A stretch of DNA of 64,000 nucleotides, taken from contig OZ241917.1 of NCBI GenBank assembly GCA_965203805.1, positions 4,224,001 to 4,288,000 on the forward strand, read 5' to 3'. Of the stretch, positions 19,611 through 28,630 are shown one piece after another. The notes beneath the pieces are model-generated. The model saw nothing but the letters and a program-made list of their open reading frames with translations. It was not told where the DNA came from and ran no database searches. The position numbers were made by a program, and so were the translations under genes. Positions within the stretch are counted from its first letter, which is position 1. Every line of letters begins with the position of its first letter. The stretch comes from Candidatus Latescibacterota bacterium (lineage in GTDB: Bacteria; Latescibacterota; UBA2968; GCA-2709665).

Positions 19611-19949
19611 CAGCGATCAGCCATCAGCAGTCAGCCTGAACCTGAAACCAAAAGGCGGAACCTCTCCCCCCGAGCCCCTTCCCCTTACAGCTCATTGAAA
19701 CGGCGTTCCGGGCGGTCCCGGGCATTGTCTTACCATTCAACTTTCCCCCATCCCCTACCCCCCTGTCCGCGAGAAAGGGGGACCTGTGAACCGCTCAGGT
19801 TCTCGTGTTTTTCTCCCCCTCTCCACCCGGGAGAGGGGGTTGGGGGGAGAGGTCTGCGTCATTCAAGGCCCTGCCACTTCACTGCGTTGAAGTCAACTGA
19901 TTTTGATTCTTGGTTTTGCTTCAAGCTGACGGCTGACTGCTGATCGCTG
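19611..19949. repeat. Miniature inverted-repeat element with heptamer (TCAGCnn) termini and internal REP-like palindrome
   Basis: Left end cagcgatcagccatcagcagtcagcctgaa versus reverse complement of right end cagcgatcagcagtcagccgtcagcttgaa; nested IR cctctcccccc/ggggggagagg. Confidence 0.75.
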
Positions 19950-19984
19950 TTCTTGCTGCTTCCGGCCCGTCGAATTTCGCCACC

Positions 19985-22708
19985 CTATTTCCGGGGCAGA
20001 ATTAGATGCCTCACGTCCATGATCTCATATCGATTCTCGCCAACCCAGGTCCGTCGCGGGAAATAGACATGCCGGCTTGTCCCGTCCGGGTCGATTTCGA
20101 ACCCGGGATCGTCGGCCAGTACCAGGACGGTCCGGCCATCCCGATTCACGACGTCCGCCAACCCGATCCCCAGCGTAAACCCGGCCCCGTCTTCGACCAC
20201 GACCGTCGAACCTGTTATCCTGTCCCCATCAGGAACATTGCCCTCCACAACCAGTCCGTTGACGTCGGAACCGGTTTCCTTACGCAGCACCTCCAGGATC
20301 GCGCCTCTGAAGATTCCTCGGCCCGTGAGTCTGGCGTTGCCCTTTTGCAGCAGCGACCCGCCCACCAGGGTCATCCGTTCGACGCCGCCGTCGCGCTCCC
20401 GGACAAACCCGATCCGGCCATCCAGCAATGCGTCTCCAGCTACCATCCGTCTGCCATTCGGGTTGCAGAACAAATAATCCGTATAGTCCACCCCGACGAT
20501 CTTCAGCGCCACACCGTCGAAACCGGTGCGCAGTCGCTCCACCGAGCGCAGGAACGGCGCTTCGCCGAACGGTTCCAGCACATTCACGAATGTGCTGGAG
20601 AGATCTTTCCCCTGACGCCGATGGATCAATGCCGGCATGGTGACGTCATCCAGCCTGGCTTCGCTTTCTTCCGCGCGCCGCACGGACGGCATGCTCCCGA
20701 AGAGCAGTTCCCCGTCCAACTCCGAGACCCCGTGGACGCGGACCCCGCCTTCCGGTTCGCCCGTGCTGGTGAATATCACCTCCCACGGCCCGGCAATTTG
20801 CGCGCGGCTGACGTCTCGCACGTACGCGTAGACGAAGTTGTGACCCTCGGCATATCCGGGTACGGTTTCCCCGCTGGGCAGCACGACCTTCACATCGGGC
20901 GGCAGCAGCGTTTCGCCGCAGGCCGTCCGATCCAGGTCCGTCTCGGTCGAACCGTCGTTGTTCGCGTCTCCCACAAGCACGAAATCGTGCTGCGATCCCC
21001 CTTCAACCCGAAACACATCCACCACGTACGCGTCCTGCTCCGAAACGCCGATCATCACGAGCAATCTAATGTAATCCTGTACGACCCCGGGATACGCCCG
21101 GTTGCCCTGCGCGGCCACCGCCTGAAACCCGCTGTTTCCCGGCACAAACAACAGCAGGTTGCCGTCGGAAGGGTTGTTTTCATTGCCCTGCGCCTGGTCC
21201 TCGCCGTTCACGACCACTGTGCTGTGTGACAGCGTGCTGGACGCCCACTGCCGCTGGTGGGTCCAGGTGTATCCTAAGTCGGACAGCCGCTCCTGACCAT
21301 GCGAAAACAGCGTAATGCTCAACAGGTCCGCGTGCGCGTGTCCGTACGCGCCGGAAAAGTGCAGGTGAGCCTGCATCTGATTCGCGCCATCGCCACGGCC
21401 GAGCCAGGCGTGCCCCGCGCCGCCAAGCAGATAAGGGCGGGAGCATTCGGTGGGCGCACGATGCTCCCGCGCCCATGTGTCGTGTACCGCAACCACGCGC
21501 CCGTTCGGGTATCGCAGGAGATCCGGAATCCGCCTCGCCTTTTCGAAGAGCGGAAACCGGTCCGAGAGATCCAGATTCCCGTAACGCGCTCCGGTCTCGG
21601 GATGGACATAGCCTTCCGGATCGCTATACCCATCCAGCAGGCGCATCGCGCCGGCCAGGCCGCCCACTGTCTGATTATGATACGAGACCGCCGCTTCCCG
21701 CCACATCCCATCCACGAAAAACTGTTTGCGGATCAGGTCGCCAATCCAGTCCACCGCCTCGTGCACGTACGCGGGCTCGGCAAGGACCCGTCCCGCCGAA
21801 ATCAGGCCGTGCAGGATCGTCGGATCCATATTGCTGAGCGTAATCGGATAGGAACGCACAAACGAAACGCTGCCTCGAATCAGATCGTCTTCGATTCTTC
21901 GCTTCATTCCGTCGTCAATCTGGCCGCTCTCGCGAATCAGATCGTAGGCAAGGACCAGGTTTGACGGAATATCCCCGTACGCCCAGTAGTCCCACTTCGC
22001 CGCCAGATACGGTGACACCGGAAAGGGGAACGTCCGGTATCCCTCAAAAACCACCTTGGGCCGGAACGGCGCGTCGAACCGCGCGCAGTATCCGGGATAG
22101 ACCTGGGCAAAGCGATCCAGGATCAGCGCCGCTCTGCGGGCGAATTCCGGTTTCCCTGTGAGAAAATACAGCTTTCCGAGATGATGGGCCGCATCCGAAA
22201 AATACATCCGGGCCACGTACCATCCCTTGGCCCGGAAATAGTGCCGGTACTTTTCGTCCGGCGCGAACTGCGAGAGCGATCCGGGCAACTCCGCCGGCGG
22301 TGGAAACGGCGCCTCCCAGTAAGGATATTCCTGGACCTCGCCCCGCGGATTGGTCACCCGCATCACCCCGTTTTCGGGGAACTTCGGGTTCGGAAACCTC
22401 ATCTTGCAGAACAGGCAGAAGACCCGGTCGGGCTCCTCGATCGACCACGACAGTTGATTTTCCTCGGCGCCCCCCTCGCAATTCGGACAGTCCACAAACC
22501 GGAAGCCGGACCGGTCCGGAATCAACCGCGCAAGCTCGTCTTCGGAAAGCGCCATGAGGGGCGCCAGGCTCTTCTCGAGACCCGCAACGTGACCTTGGTC
22601 GACGTCAGGATGGAACACCGGATCCGCGTAAATACGTTCAGGCATCAGAATCAGCAGCAACACCAGGGCCGACACCACAAAGGTCAATATCATTTCCCGG
22701 TCCGTCAC
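19985..22708 (-). CDS. Secreted heparinase II/III family protein
   Basis: Hydrophobic N-terminal signal; GHAHADLLSITLF..DLGY..SHSTVVVNG; N-terminal CPNC/CLFC pair. Confidence 0.75.
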   Translation of the reverse strand: MTDREMILTFVVSALVLLLILMPERIYADPVFHPDVDQGHVAGLEKSLAPLMALSEDELARLIPDRSGFRFVDCPNCEGGAEENQLSWSIEEPDRVFCLFCKMRFPNPKFPENGVMRVTNPRGEVQEYPYWEAPFPPPAELPGSLSQFAPDEKYRHYFRAKGWYVARMYFSDAAHHLGKLYFLTGKPEFARRAALILDRFAQVYPGYCARFDAPFRPKVVFEGYRTFPFPVSPYLAAKWDYWAYGDIPSNLVLAYDLIRESGQIDDGMKRRIEDDLIRGSVSFVRSYPITLSNMDPTILHGLISAGRVLAEPAYVHEAVDWIGDLIRKQFFVDGMWREAAVSYHNQTVGGLAGAMRLLDGYSDPEGYVHPETGARYGNLDLSDRFPLFEKARRIPDLLRYPNGRVVAVHDTWAREHRAPTECSRPYLLGGAGHAWLGRGDGANQMQAHLHFSGAYGHAHADLLSITLFSHGQERLSDLGYTWTHQRQWASSTLSHSTVVVNGEDQAQGNENNPSDGNLLLFVPGNSGFQAVAAQGNRAYPGVVQDYIRLLVMIGVSEQDAYVVDVFRVEGGSQHDFVLVGDANNDGSTETDLDRTACGETLLPPDVKVVLPSGETVPGYAEGHNFVYAYVRDVSRAQIAGPWEVIFTSTGEPEGGVRVHGVSELDGELLFGSMPSVRRAEESEARLDDVTMPALIHRRQGKDLSSTFVNVLEPFGEAPFLRSVERLRTGFDGVALKIVGVDYTDYLFCNPNGRRMVAGDALLDGRIGFVRERDGGVERMTLVGGSLLQKGNARLTGRGIFRGAILEVLRKETGSDVNGLVVEGNVPDGDRITGSTVVVEDGAGFTLGIGLADVVNRDGRTVLVLADDPGFEIDPDGTSRHVYFPRRTWVGENRYEIMDVRHLILPRK

Positions 22709-24093
22709 GCGGGGAAATCGACGTCCTCGTCCAGTGGAAACACGGGCCGTCGAATCCGTTCATAGGGTAATGTCTCCAGCGCCAGGGTGGTACATCCCGG
22801 GCTGACCGCCATCAGCGCCGTGCCCGCGATTTCTCGCAGTTCCGGTGCGAGATACCCGTGTTTTACAACCACGATCCGGTGTTCCGCGGGATTCACGTTC
22901 GCCTCTTCGAAGCTTCGCAGTTCCAGGAAGGGCATGCGGTCGGCCGTCAACACGACCCTGACGCCGTCCACCTGAAACACGGCAATCCGCGGCGGATTCA
23001 CGGAGACGACCCTGCCCGCGACCTCCAGAGGAGACCCGTTTACCCTGTCGAGCTTGCCGCCGACATTCAGCGTCAGCCGGGCGCCGGTTCCCGCTTCGAG
23101 ACACCGCGCCACGGCTTCGGCATCGGCGATCCCCGCGACAACCGCGTCTCCGGCGCCCGCCTCCAACAGCGCTCTCAACACCACGGGAACATCCCCCGCC
23201 GCCCCGGCCGTGACGTTGTCTCCCGAGTCGGAAACAAATACGGGATGGCGGTTCTCGCGGACCGCCCGCCGAACGACGTCTTCCACGGGCAGCGTCACCA
23301 CGTCCGGCGCGAATTCATCGCGGCGGCGCCAGATTTCCCGCGCCATGCGTTCCGCCTGCTCCCCGGCCGCGTCGCGATTCTCCGAAACCACGATCGCCGC
23401 CGCGGACGTAAAGGGAGAGTCGGTCCACGCGCACCCGATCATGATCGACGCGTCCAGAACGTCGGGTTGCGCTTCCACGTCCCGAAGTCCCGCGTACAGG
23501 GACCGGGCGGGCTCCACCCCCGTGGCCGCGTGTTCGCCCGGAAGCAGCATGGGCAGCCTTACGATGGCATTCAGCGGCAGGATGCCTTCCTTTACGCAGC
23601 GGACCAGATGCCCGATCGCCCGCATCTGGGTCTCGCGCCTGTCCACGTGGGGCGCGGTCCGCAACGCTGTCAGCACATTGGTCTTCTCCACGACGTCGTG
23701 CGCGAGATTGGCGTGCAGATCCAGGCTGGCGACAATCGGAATCTCGTCGCCGACCGCCTCGCGCACGCGGCAGACCAGGTCGCGCTCCCCGTCGCCAACG
23801 TCCTCCACCTCCATCGCTCCGTGCAGATCCAGGTACACGCCGTCCACCGGGGATGCTCCGCGCAGTCGATCCACCAGTTCGTCCGCCATGGACTCGTACG
23901 CCTTCCGAAGGACCAGCCCATGCGGCTGCGCCTTCGAGACCAGCGCAGGCGCCCATTCGACGTTGCCGAACGCCTGCCAGGGGACATCGGCCAGAATTTC
24001 CTCCCCGCGCAGGACGCGGAAGTCCTCGATACCCGCCCGAAGCGGAGAAAACGTGTTCGTTTCATGCCTGATCCCGCAAATCGCCAGCCGCAT
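22705..24093 (-). CDS. M81 family metallopeptidase (MlrC-like)
   Basis: HETNTFS, LDLHGAM, SLDLHAN, RTAPHVD, DSGDNVTAGAAGD. Confidence 0.9.
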   Translation of the reverse strand: MRLAICGIRHETNTFSPLRAGIEDFRVLRGEEILADVPWQAFGNVEWAPALVSKAQPHGLVLRKAYESMADELVDRLRGASPVDGVYLDLHGAMEVEDVGDGERDLVCRVREAVGDEIPIVASLDLHANLAHDVVEKTNVLTALRTAPHVDRRETQMRAIGHLVRCVKEGILPLNAIVRLPMLLPGEHAATGVEPARSLYAGLRDVEAQPDVLDASIMIGCAWTDSPFTSAAAIVVSENRDAAGEQAERMAREIWRRRDEFAPDVVTLPVEDVVRRAVRENRHPVFVSDSGDNVTAGAAGDVPVVLRALLEAGAGDAVVAGIADAEAVARCLEAGTGARLTLNVGGKLDRVNGSPLEVAGRVVSVNPPRIAVFQVDGVRVVLTADRMPFLELRSFEEANVNPAEHRIVVVKHGYLAPELREIAGTALMAVSPGCTTLALETLPYERIRRPVFPLDEDVDFPA

Positions 24094-24235
24094 TTGAGCT
24101 CAATTCGAAAAAAGATAACCGTCAAATTGGCCACAAAAAGCACAAGAGGTATCGGTGCGAAACGGCGTGTGTCGTAACGCCGTGACCCAGCAGATACGTA
24201 TCATTGACCGTCCCGCCGGGATTAGATTCCCGATC

Positions 24236-26650
24236 TCATACGGGCGCCACCTGGCCCACGTCCAGACACAATTCGAGGACTTTGCCGTCTTTCAGAACAC
24301 TCACGTCCACGCTTTGTCTCGATTCGTTGGTGAGGTATGCGCCGCCGCCGGAAACCGCTTCGATCCGAATGTCGCCGCCGGACCGGACCGTCATCACCTC
24401 TTTCGCGTAGAAGGCCTTTCCTCCTTCGATGGGCACTGCATACGCCACGCGCTGTCCGGAGACGCGCGTGATGCTCCCGAAAACCGGCACCTCACTCCCG
24501 GCGACGGTCTCAAACGTGCACAGCTTCCGCTTCGAACCAAAGTTGCCCGCGCAGAGATATCCGTCCACGATCAGCCCGACCGTATCGTCGGACGATTCGG
24601 CTACGCTCAGGAACTGGGCCGGCGTTTCCTCGTGGGGCTGTTCGGGACAGATCAGCATCGCCAGCGCGCCCACCTGCTCACCGGCGCGGTACTCCTTCGC
24701 CGCCTCGTCCAGGCTCAGGAACAGATCGTCGGCGACCGCCCTGAAGGCGAAGGGCGGAAAATAGTGGCGGTTTACATAGCGGGTCCCGCCGGTCCCTTTG
24801 AAGACGATCCCCAGCTGATCGTCCACGTTCAGCCACCCGGGATCGCGCAGGTCGAACACGACGTCGGCGTCGGGATCGTTGCCGGGAAACCCCGGAAACG
24901 TCTCCGCTCCATTCGAATGGTGGAGGATGCGCTCTCCGTCACACGCGCCGCCGACGAGGGGGAAGTCTTCGTTGACAATTCTGATGAATCCCTGATCGAG
25001 CCGCTCTACGATGCAGTCTTCCAACGCACCGAGTCGTTCACTGACCACCATCCGTCCATCCGGAAGCGAGCAGCACAACACGCGCTGGCGAATCGTGTCC
25101 TGAGCCCGGTGGTTTACCATCAACGCCGCAAAGCCGTCGTCGTTCCGGGTCACCTCCATCACAATCAGGTCGTGGCTTTGCGGACGGTCCCGCACGGTCA
25201 CGTTGGCCAGCAGACTCCACCGGCTGGGCCCCACCGTGTGTACCCCGTCGCGCGTAAACGGCAGCGCCATCACGTAATTTCGCCAGGACAGGGAATTCTG
25301 GCCCTTTGCGTGGCGATGATGCACAAATCCCGAGTGCGCGAAAATCCGGACCCCGTTGAATTTCGCCGCAATCTCCGCCTCCGACGCGGGCGCCGGCGCT
25401 TCCGCATCCATCAGCCGGTGCAGGAGGTAGGGCTTCACGATCAAGGCAATCATCTCCGACTCCTTGATCTCCATGGGGTCCTCCACCTCGTGGCAGGTTT
25501 CCGCAACGACGGGATCGATCAGACGCCCGCCGTTCCCCTCCTGTTTTTTCTCTCGGATCGCCAGCGATACTTCCTCGAAATACCCCGCATCGGGGTCCTT
25601 CAAAAACAGATAGGCCGATGCATGCAGCGCGTGCTGTTCCCCCAGATAAAGGCGGTCCATCCCCTGTGTGGGCATTGCCGATCCGGTCTCGTCCGTCAGC
25701 AGTTTGATCGCATCGTAGACACGCTGGCGATTCCAGTAGGCTTCCGGAGGTTCGGTCCTTCCGTACATCCGGTAGAGCAGTCCCAGAGCGGCCACCGACT
25801 GGACCCCGGAGGCGGTATAGCCGGGGTGGACCATGCCGTGGTTCTCGGCCATGTAGTCCGGCAGCGTGGTAAACGTCTTGCCGGTCAGCGCAGCGGCCGT
25901 CAACCCGGATTTCAGCGCCCCCTCGTTGAACCGGTCCTGCGGGGCCGCGCATGCCGAGAACATCCATCGCCGCGCGCAGGTTTCCCACGCTTCCGCCCGC
26001 TCGTGTCCGGACAGAAACAGATAACACGCCGCCAGTCCGTGCGCCGTCCACGCGTTCTCTTCCATCTGCGTATCGGCAAAGACCCCGCTCTTCGGCGCCA
26101 TGTCAGCGAACCGATCGAGATAGTCCAGACAGATCTCCGCCAGCATCATCCGCGTTTCGTCGTCCACGTACGGCTGCAGCATCAGGGCGGCGGAGGTCAT
26201 ATTCGCGACGGTCCCGCCGCACTGGCTCTCCGGGAAGAACCCCCGGCCCCGTTCGCCCCACTTTGTGCCCCAGGACCTGGGCATGCCCAGCCCCGTGGAC
26301 GGCCGGAGACATTCCTCAGGGCCCGTATCGTGCGTGAAACACAGGTATCGGATGGCCTTGATGACAACCTCCCGGAGGTTGTCGATGGAGAGTCCCGTTG
26401 TCTTCTCGTCGTACTCCGGTGAGGTGCCCACCGCGGCCAGGGCGTGCAGCGGGACGGCCGTCTCGATGCCGTACCAGTGGACCCCGCCGAAAAAGTGTCC
26501 GCAGTTGGGGCGCTCCCCCCAATCGTGGAAATAGCTCAGCGCGGTGGGAAACCACTTCTGCGCCATCCGCAGATATCGCCGGCTCATCGGGGTTTCGGCG
26601 GCGGGTGTGCACGCGCCTTTCAGGCTGGTGATCATGTCGGGCGTGACCAC
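24236..26650 (-). CDS. Uncharacterised PL8/heparinase-like protein, paralogue of 17166..19580
   Basis: CGHFFGG, LCFTHDTGP, DTQMEENAW, ENHGMVHPGY. Confidence 0.6.
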   Translation of the reverse strand: MVTPDMITSLKGACTPAAETPMSRRYLRMAQKWFPTALSYFHDWGERPNCGHFFGGVHWYGIETAVPLHALAAVGTSPEYDEKTTGLSIDNLREVVIKAIRYLCFTHDTGPEECLRPSTGLGMPRSWGTKWGERGRGFFPESQCGGTVANMTSAALMLQPYVDDETRMMLAEICLDYLDRFADMAPKSGVFADTQMEENAWTAHGLAACYLFLSGHERAEAWETCARRWMFSACAAPQDRFNEGALKSGLTAAALTGKTFTTLPDYMAENHGMVHPGYTASGVQSVAALGLLYRMYGRTEPPEAYWNRQRVYDAIKLLTDETGSAMPTQGMDRLYLGEQHALHASAYLFLKDPDAGYFEEVSLAIREKKQEGNGGRLIDPVVAETCHEVEDPMEIKESEMIALIVKPYLLHRLMDAEAPAPASEAEIAAKFNGVRIFAHSGFVHHRHAKGQNSLSWRNYVMALPFTRDGVHTVGPSRWSLLANVTVRDRPQSHDLIVMEVTRNDDGFAALMVNHRAQDTIRQRVLCCSLPDGRMVVSERLGALEDCIVERLDQGFIRIVNEDFPLVGGACDGERILHHSNGAETFPGFPGNDPDADVVFDLRDPGWLNVDDQLGIVFKGTGGTRYVNRHYFPPFAFRAVADDLFLSLDEAAKEYRAGEQVGALAMLICPEQPHEETPAQFLSVAESSDDTVGLIVDGYLCAGNFGSKRKLCTFETVAGSEVPVFGSITRVSGQRVAYAVPIEGGKAFYAKEVMTVRSGGDIRIEAVSGGGAYLTNESRQSVDVSVLKDGKVLELCLDVGQVAPV

Positions 26651-26675
26651 GCTCTATCGCTCCTTGAAGAGAATA

Positions 26676-27476
26676 TCAACTCAACATCCGTTCGGCTCGC
26701 TTGTGGCAGATTTCCTCCAGCGTTTCTTCGTCCACCGGCAACACCGCGCACTTCACCGTCGCGGCGGAGGGATACGAGAACGGCGCGTGGGTGCCGAATA
26801 CGAGGTGGTCCGCGCCGCCCTGCGCGATGAAATTCGCCAGATCTCCCAGGTCGTTCACGTTTCGGTTCAACGAGTAGTGGACTTCAGCAAGGGACAGGTC
26901 GAAATACCAGTCGCGGTCCCGAATCTCGTGTCGCCGCCACACGGGGGAACCTGCAATGCCCCGTGCATTGGGTATCACGATCGTCGCTCCCGGTACCGCG
27001 GCGATCAGATTCGCCGCGCCGTCCAGGTCCAACATCCGTCCGGGATCCATCCAGTGCCTCTGCCGGACGTCCTCGATCCGATGCGGAAGGAACACGGGAA
27101 GGCCCCGTTCGGCGCAGGCCGATACGACCTTTCGCGCTTCGGGTCCATCCACGGCGAATTCATGGTATTGCGGGAACAGCCTCGCGCCCTTCATGCCCAG
27201 GTCTTCGTGACACCGGCGCAGGTCGCCTTCCCAATTCGCGTCGGCCGCATTGATCGTCGCCATCGGAATCAACCGATCCGTAAACCCCTCCAGGTCCTCC
27301 GCCAACCGCTCGTTTGCCGGCTGTACGCTCCGGTGCAGAATCGCTTCGATCCTGGAGACGGCGGCCTTGCCGATGCCTGCCCGGTCCAGCCGTCTGATGA
27401 GTGTATCGGGCGTATTGTCCCGCAATGCCCGAAAGGGCCATGAACCCAACCATGCATTGACATCGATGTATTTCAC
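26676..27476 (-). CDS. Amidohydrolase_2 family protein (metal ligands appear degenerate)
   Basis: IDVNAWLGSWPF, RLFPQYH, LVFGTHAPF; overlaps the upstream amidohydrolase by 4 nt. Confidence 0.75.
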   Translation of the reverse strand: MKYIDVNAWLGSWPFRALRDNTPDTLIRRLDRAGIGKAAVSRIEAILHRSVQPANERLAEDLEGFTDRLIPMATINAADANWEGDLRRCHEDLGMKGARLFPQYHEFAVDGPEARKVVSACAERGLPVFLPHRIEDVRQRHWMDPGRMLDLDGAANLIAAVPGATIVIPNARGIAGSPVWRRHEIRDRDWYFDLSLAEVHYSLNRNVNDLGDLANFIAQGGADHLVFGTHAPFSYPSAATVKCAVLPVDEETLEEICHKRAERMLS

Positions 27477-28315
27477 GCCGCAACCTCCTTCCCCTGCCGG
27501 AGCGGCGCCGCGCCCTGGGCGGCCAGAATCCGCTCCGCGTTTTCCCAGAAAATCATGTCCTTTTCCTTATCCGTCAGCGTGGCGTCGATGACCTTTCCCA
27601 CGCTGCCGGACATGGTGCCGTCTGTGCCGAACAGCACCCGGTCCGCGCCCATTTCGGCCACCGCCAGTTCGACCTGCCCGTCGTCCAGATTGCTGCCACT
27701 GACGTCGCAGACCAGGGCGCGCGACGTGCCCCGCATCGCGCGAATGGTGTTTTCCCAGTCGCCGCCGCCGCCGATGTGCGCGTGGATGACCATCGCCTCC
27801 GGATACCGCCGGTTCATTGCGGCAAAGTGGCGTCCGTTGGAAATCAGCGGCTGCGCGTCGAGGTGTTCTCTGGCGGTCGGGAGGCCCGCGTGCTCCAGAA
27901 GGGGGACCTTGCGCTCGACGATGCGTTCGATGACCGGATACACGGCCGGATCGTCGATGCGGTACTGGTTGTAGAGTTTCAGGCCGATCATACCCGCATC
28001 CAGGCAACGGTCAATCTCGTCCAACGCGTGACGATAATGTCCCGGAATGACGAAACACAGGCCCCGGATATGGTCGGGAAAGCGTTTCATTGCCCTCAGC
28101 ACGGCATCGTTTTCCGCGCGTACTTCCTCGATACCGGCAAGCCGCCCGCCCGTAATGGGCGACGAACACCAGAATTCCGTGATGCCCAGCATGTCGCCCG
28201 TCGAGATCAGCCGCTCGGCGGACGTCGCCTCGTCCGCCTCGTTCCCAAGATTCCAGACGTGGCAGTGCGCGTCGATCTTGGGCCGTCGGAGCCATCTTTC
28301 GATATCCAGACTCAT
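27473..28315 (-). CDS. Amidohydrolase_2 family metallohydrolase
   Basis: IDAHCH, LEHAG, IHAHIGGGG, VLFGTD. Confidence 0.85.
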   Translation of the reverse strand: MSLDIERWLRRPKIDAHCHVWNLGNEADEATSAERLISTGDMLGITEFWCSSPITGGRLAGIEEVRAENDAVLRAMKRFPDHIRGLCFVIPGHYRHALDEIDRCLDAGMIGLKLYNQYRIDDPAVYPVIERIVERKVPLLEHAGLPTAREHLDAQPLISNGRHFAAMNRRYPEAMVIHAHIGGGGDWENTIRAMRGTSRALVCDVSGSNLDDGQVELAVAEMGADRVLFGTDGTMSGSVGKVIDATLTDKEKDMIFWENAERILAAQGAAPLRQGKEVAA

Positions 28316-28404
28316 TTCAAATCCTCCGAAGGTTTGAACGTAACGACAATTTCAAGATACCTTTAAGGACGACCGCTCCCGTGGCCGTCGAAATGCAGCA
28401 AAAA

Positions 28405-28629
28405 CAGCTATCAGCGGTCGGCTTTCAGCTTTCAGCTTGAATCAAAATCTCAATTCGTTCACGTGAGCGCCGTGAAGCGGCAGGGCTATAACGGGCGCAA
28501 CGAGGGCAAGAATGCCCTCGCTCCCGGGAAACCGGTCCCTCTCCCGGAGGGAAAGGAGGAGCGGAACCGGAGTGCCTCAGGGGTGGTTGGGCGGGGAGCT
28601 GACCGCTGACAGCTAACGGCTGACAGCTA
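28405..28629. repeat. Second heptamer-ended inverted-repeat element
   Basis: cagctatcagcggtcggctttcagctttcagcttgaa ... gctgaccgctgacagctaacggctgacagcta; internal palindrome cgagggcaagaatgccctcg. Confidence 0.7.
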
Positions 28630-28630
28630 C

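Noticed and set aside
24155-26422. 755-aa plus-strand ORF and similar long antisense ORFs (22858..24177, 20006..21229, 44170..45729, 9160..9999)
   Set aside because: Antisense shadows of well-supported genes, mostly in GC-rich DNA; no recognisable motifs.
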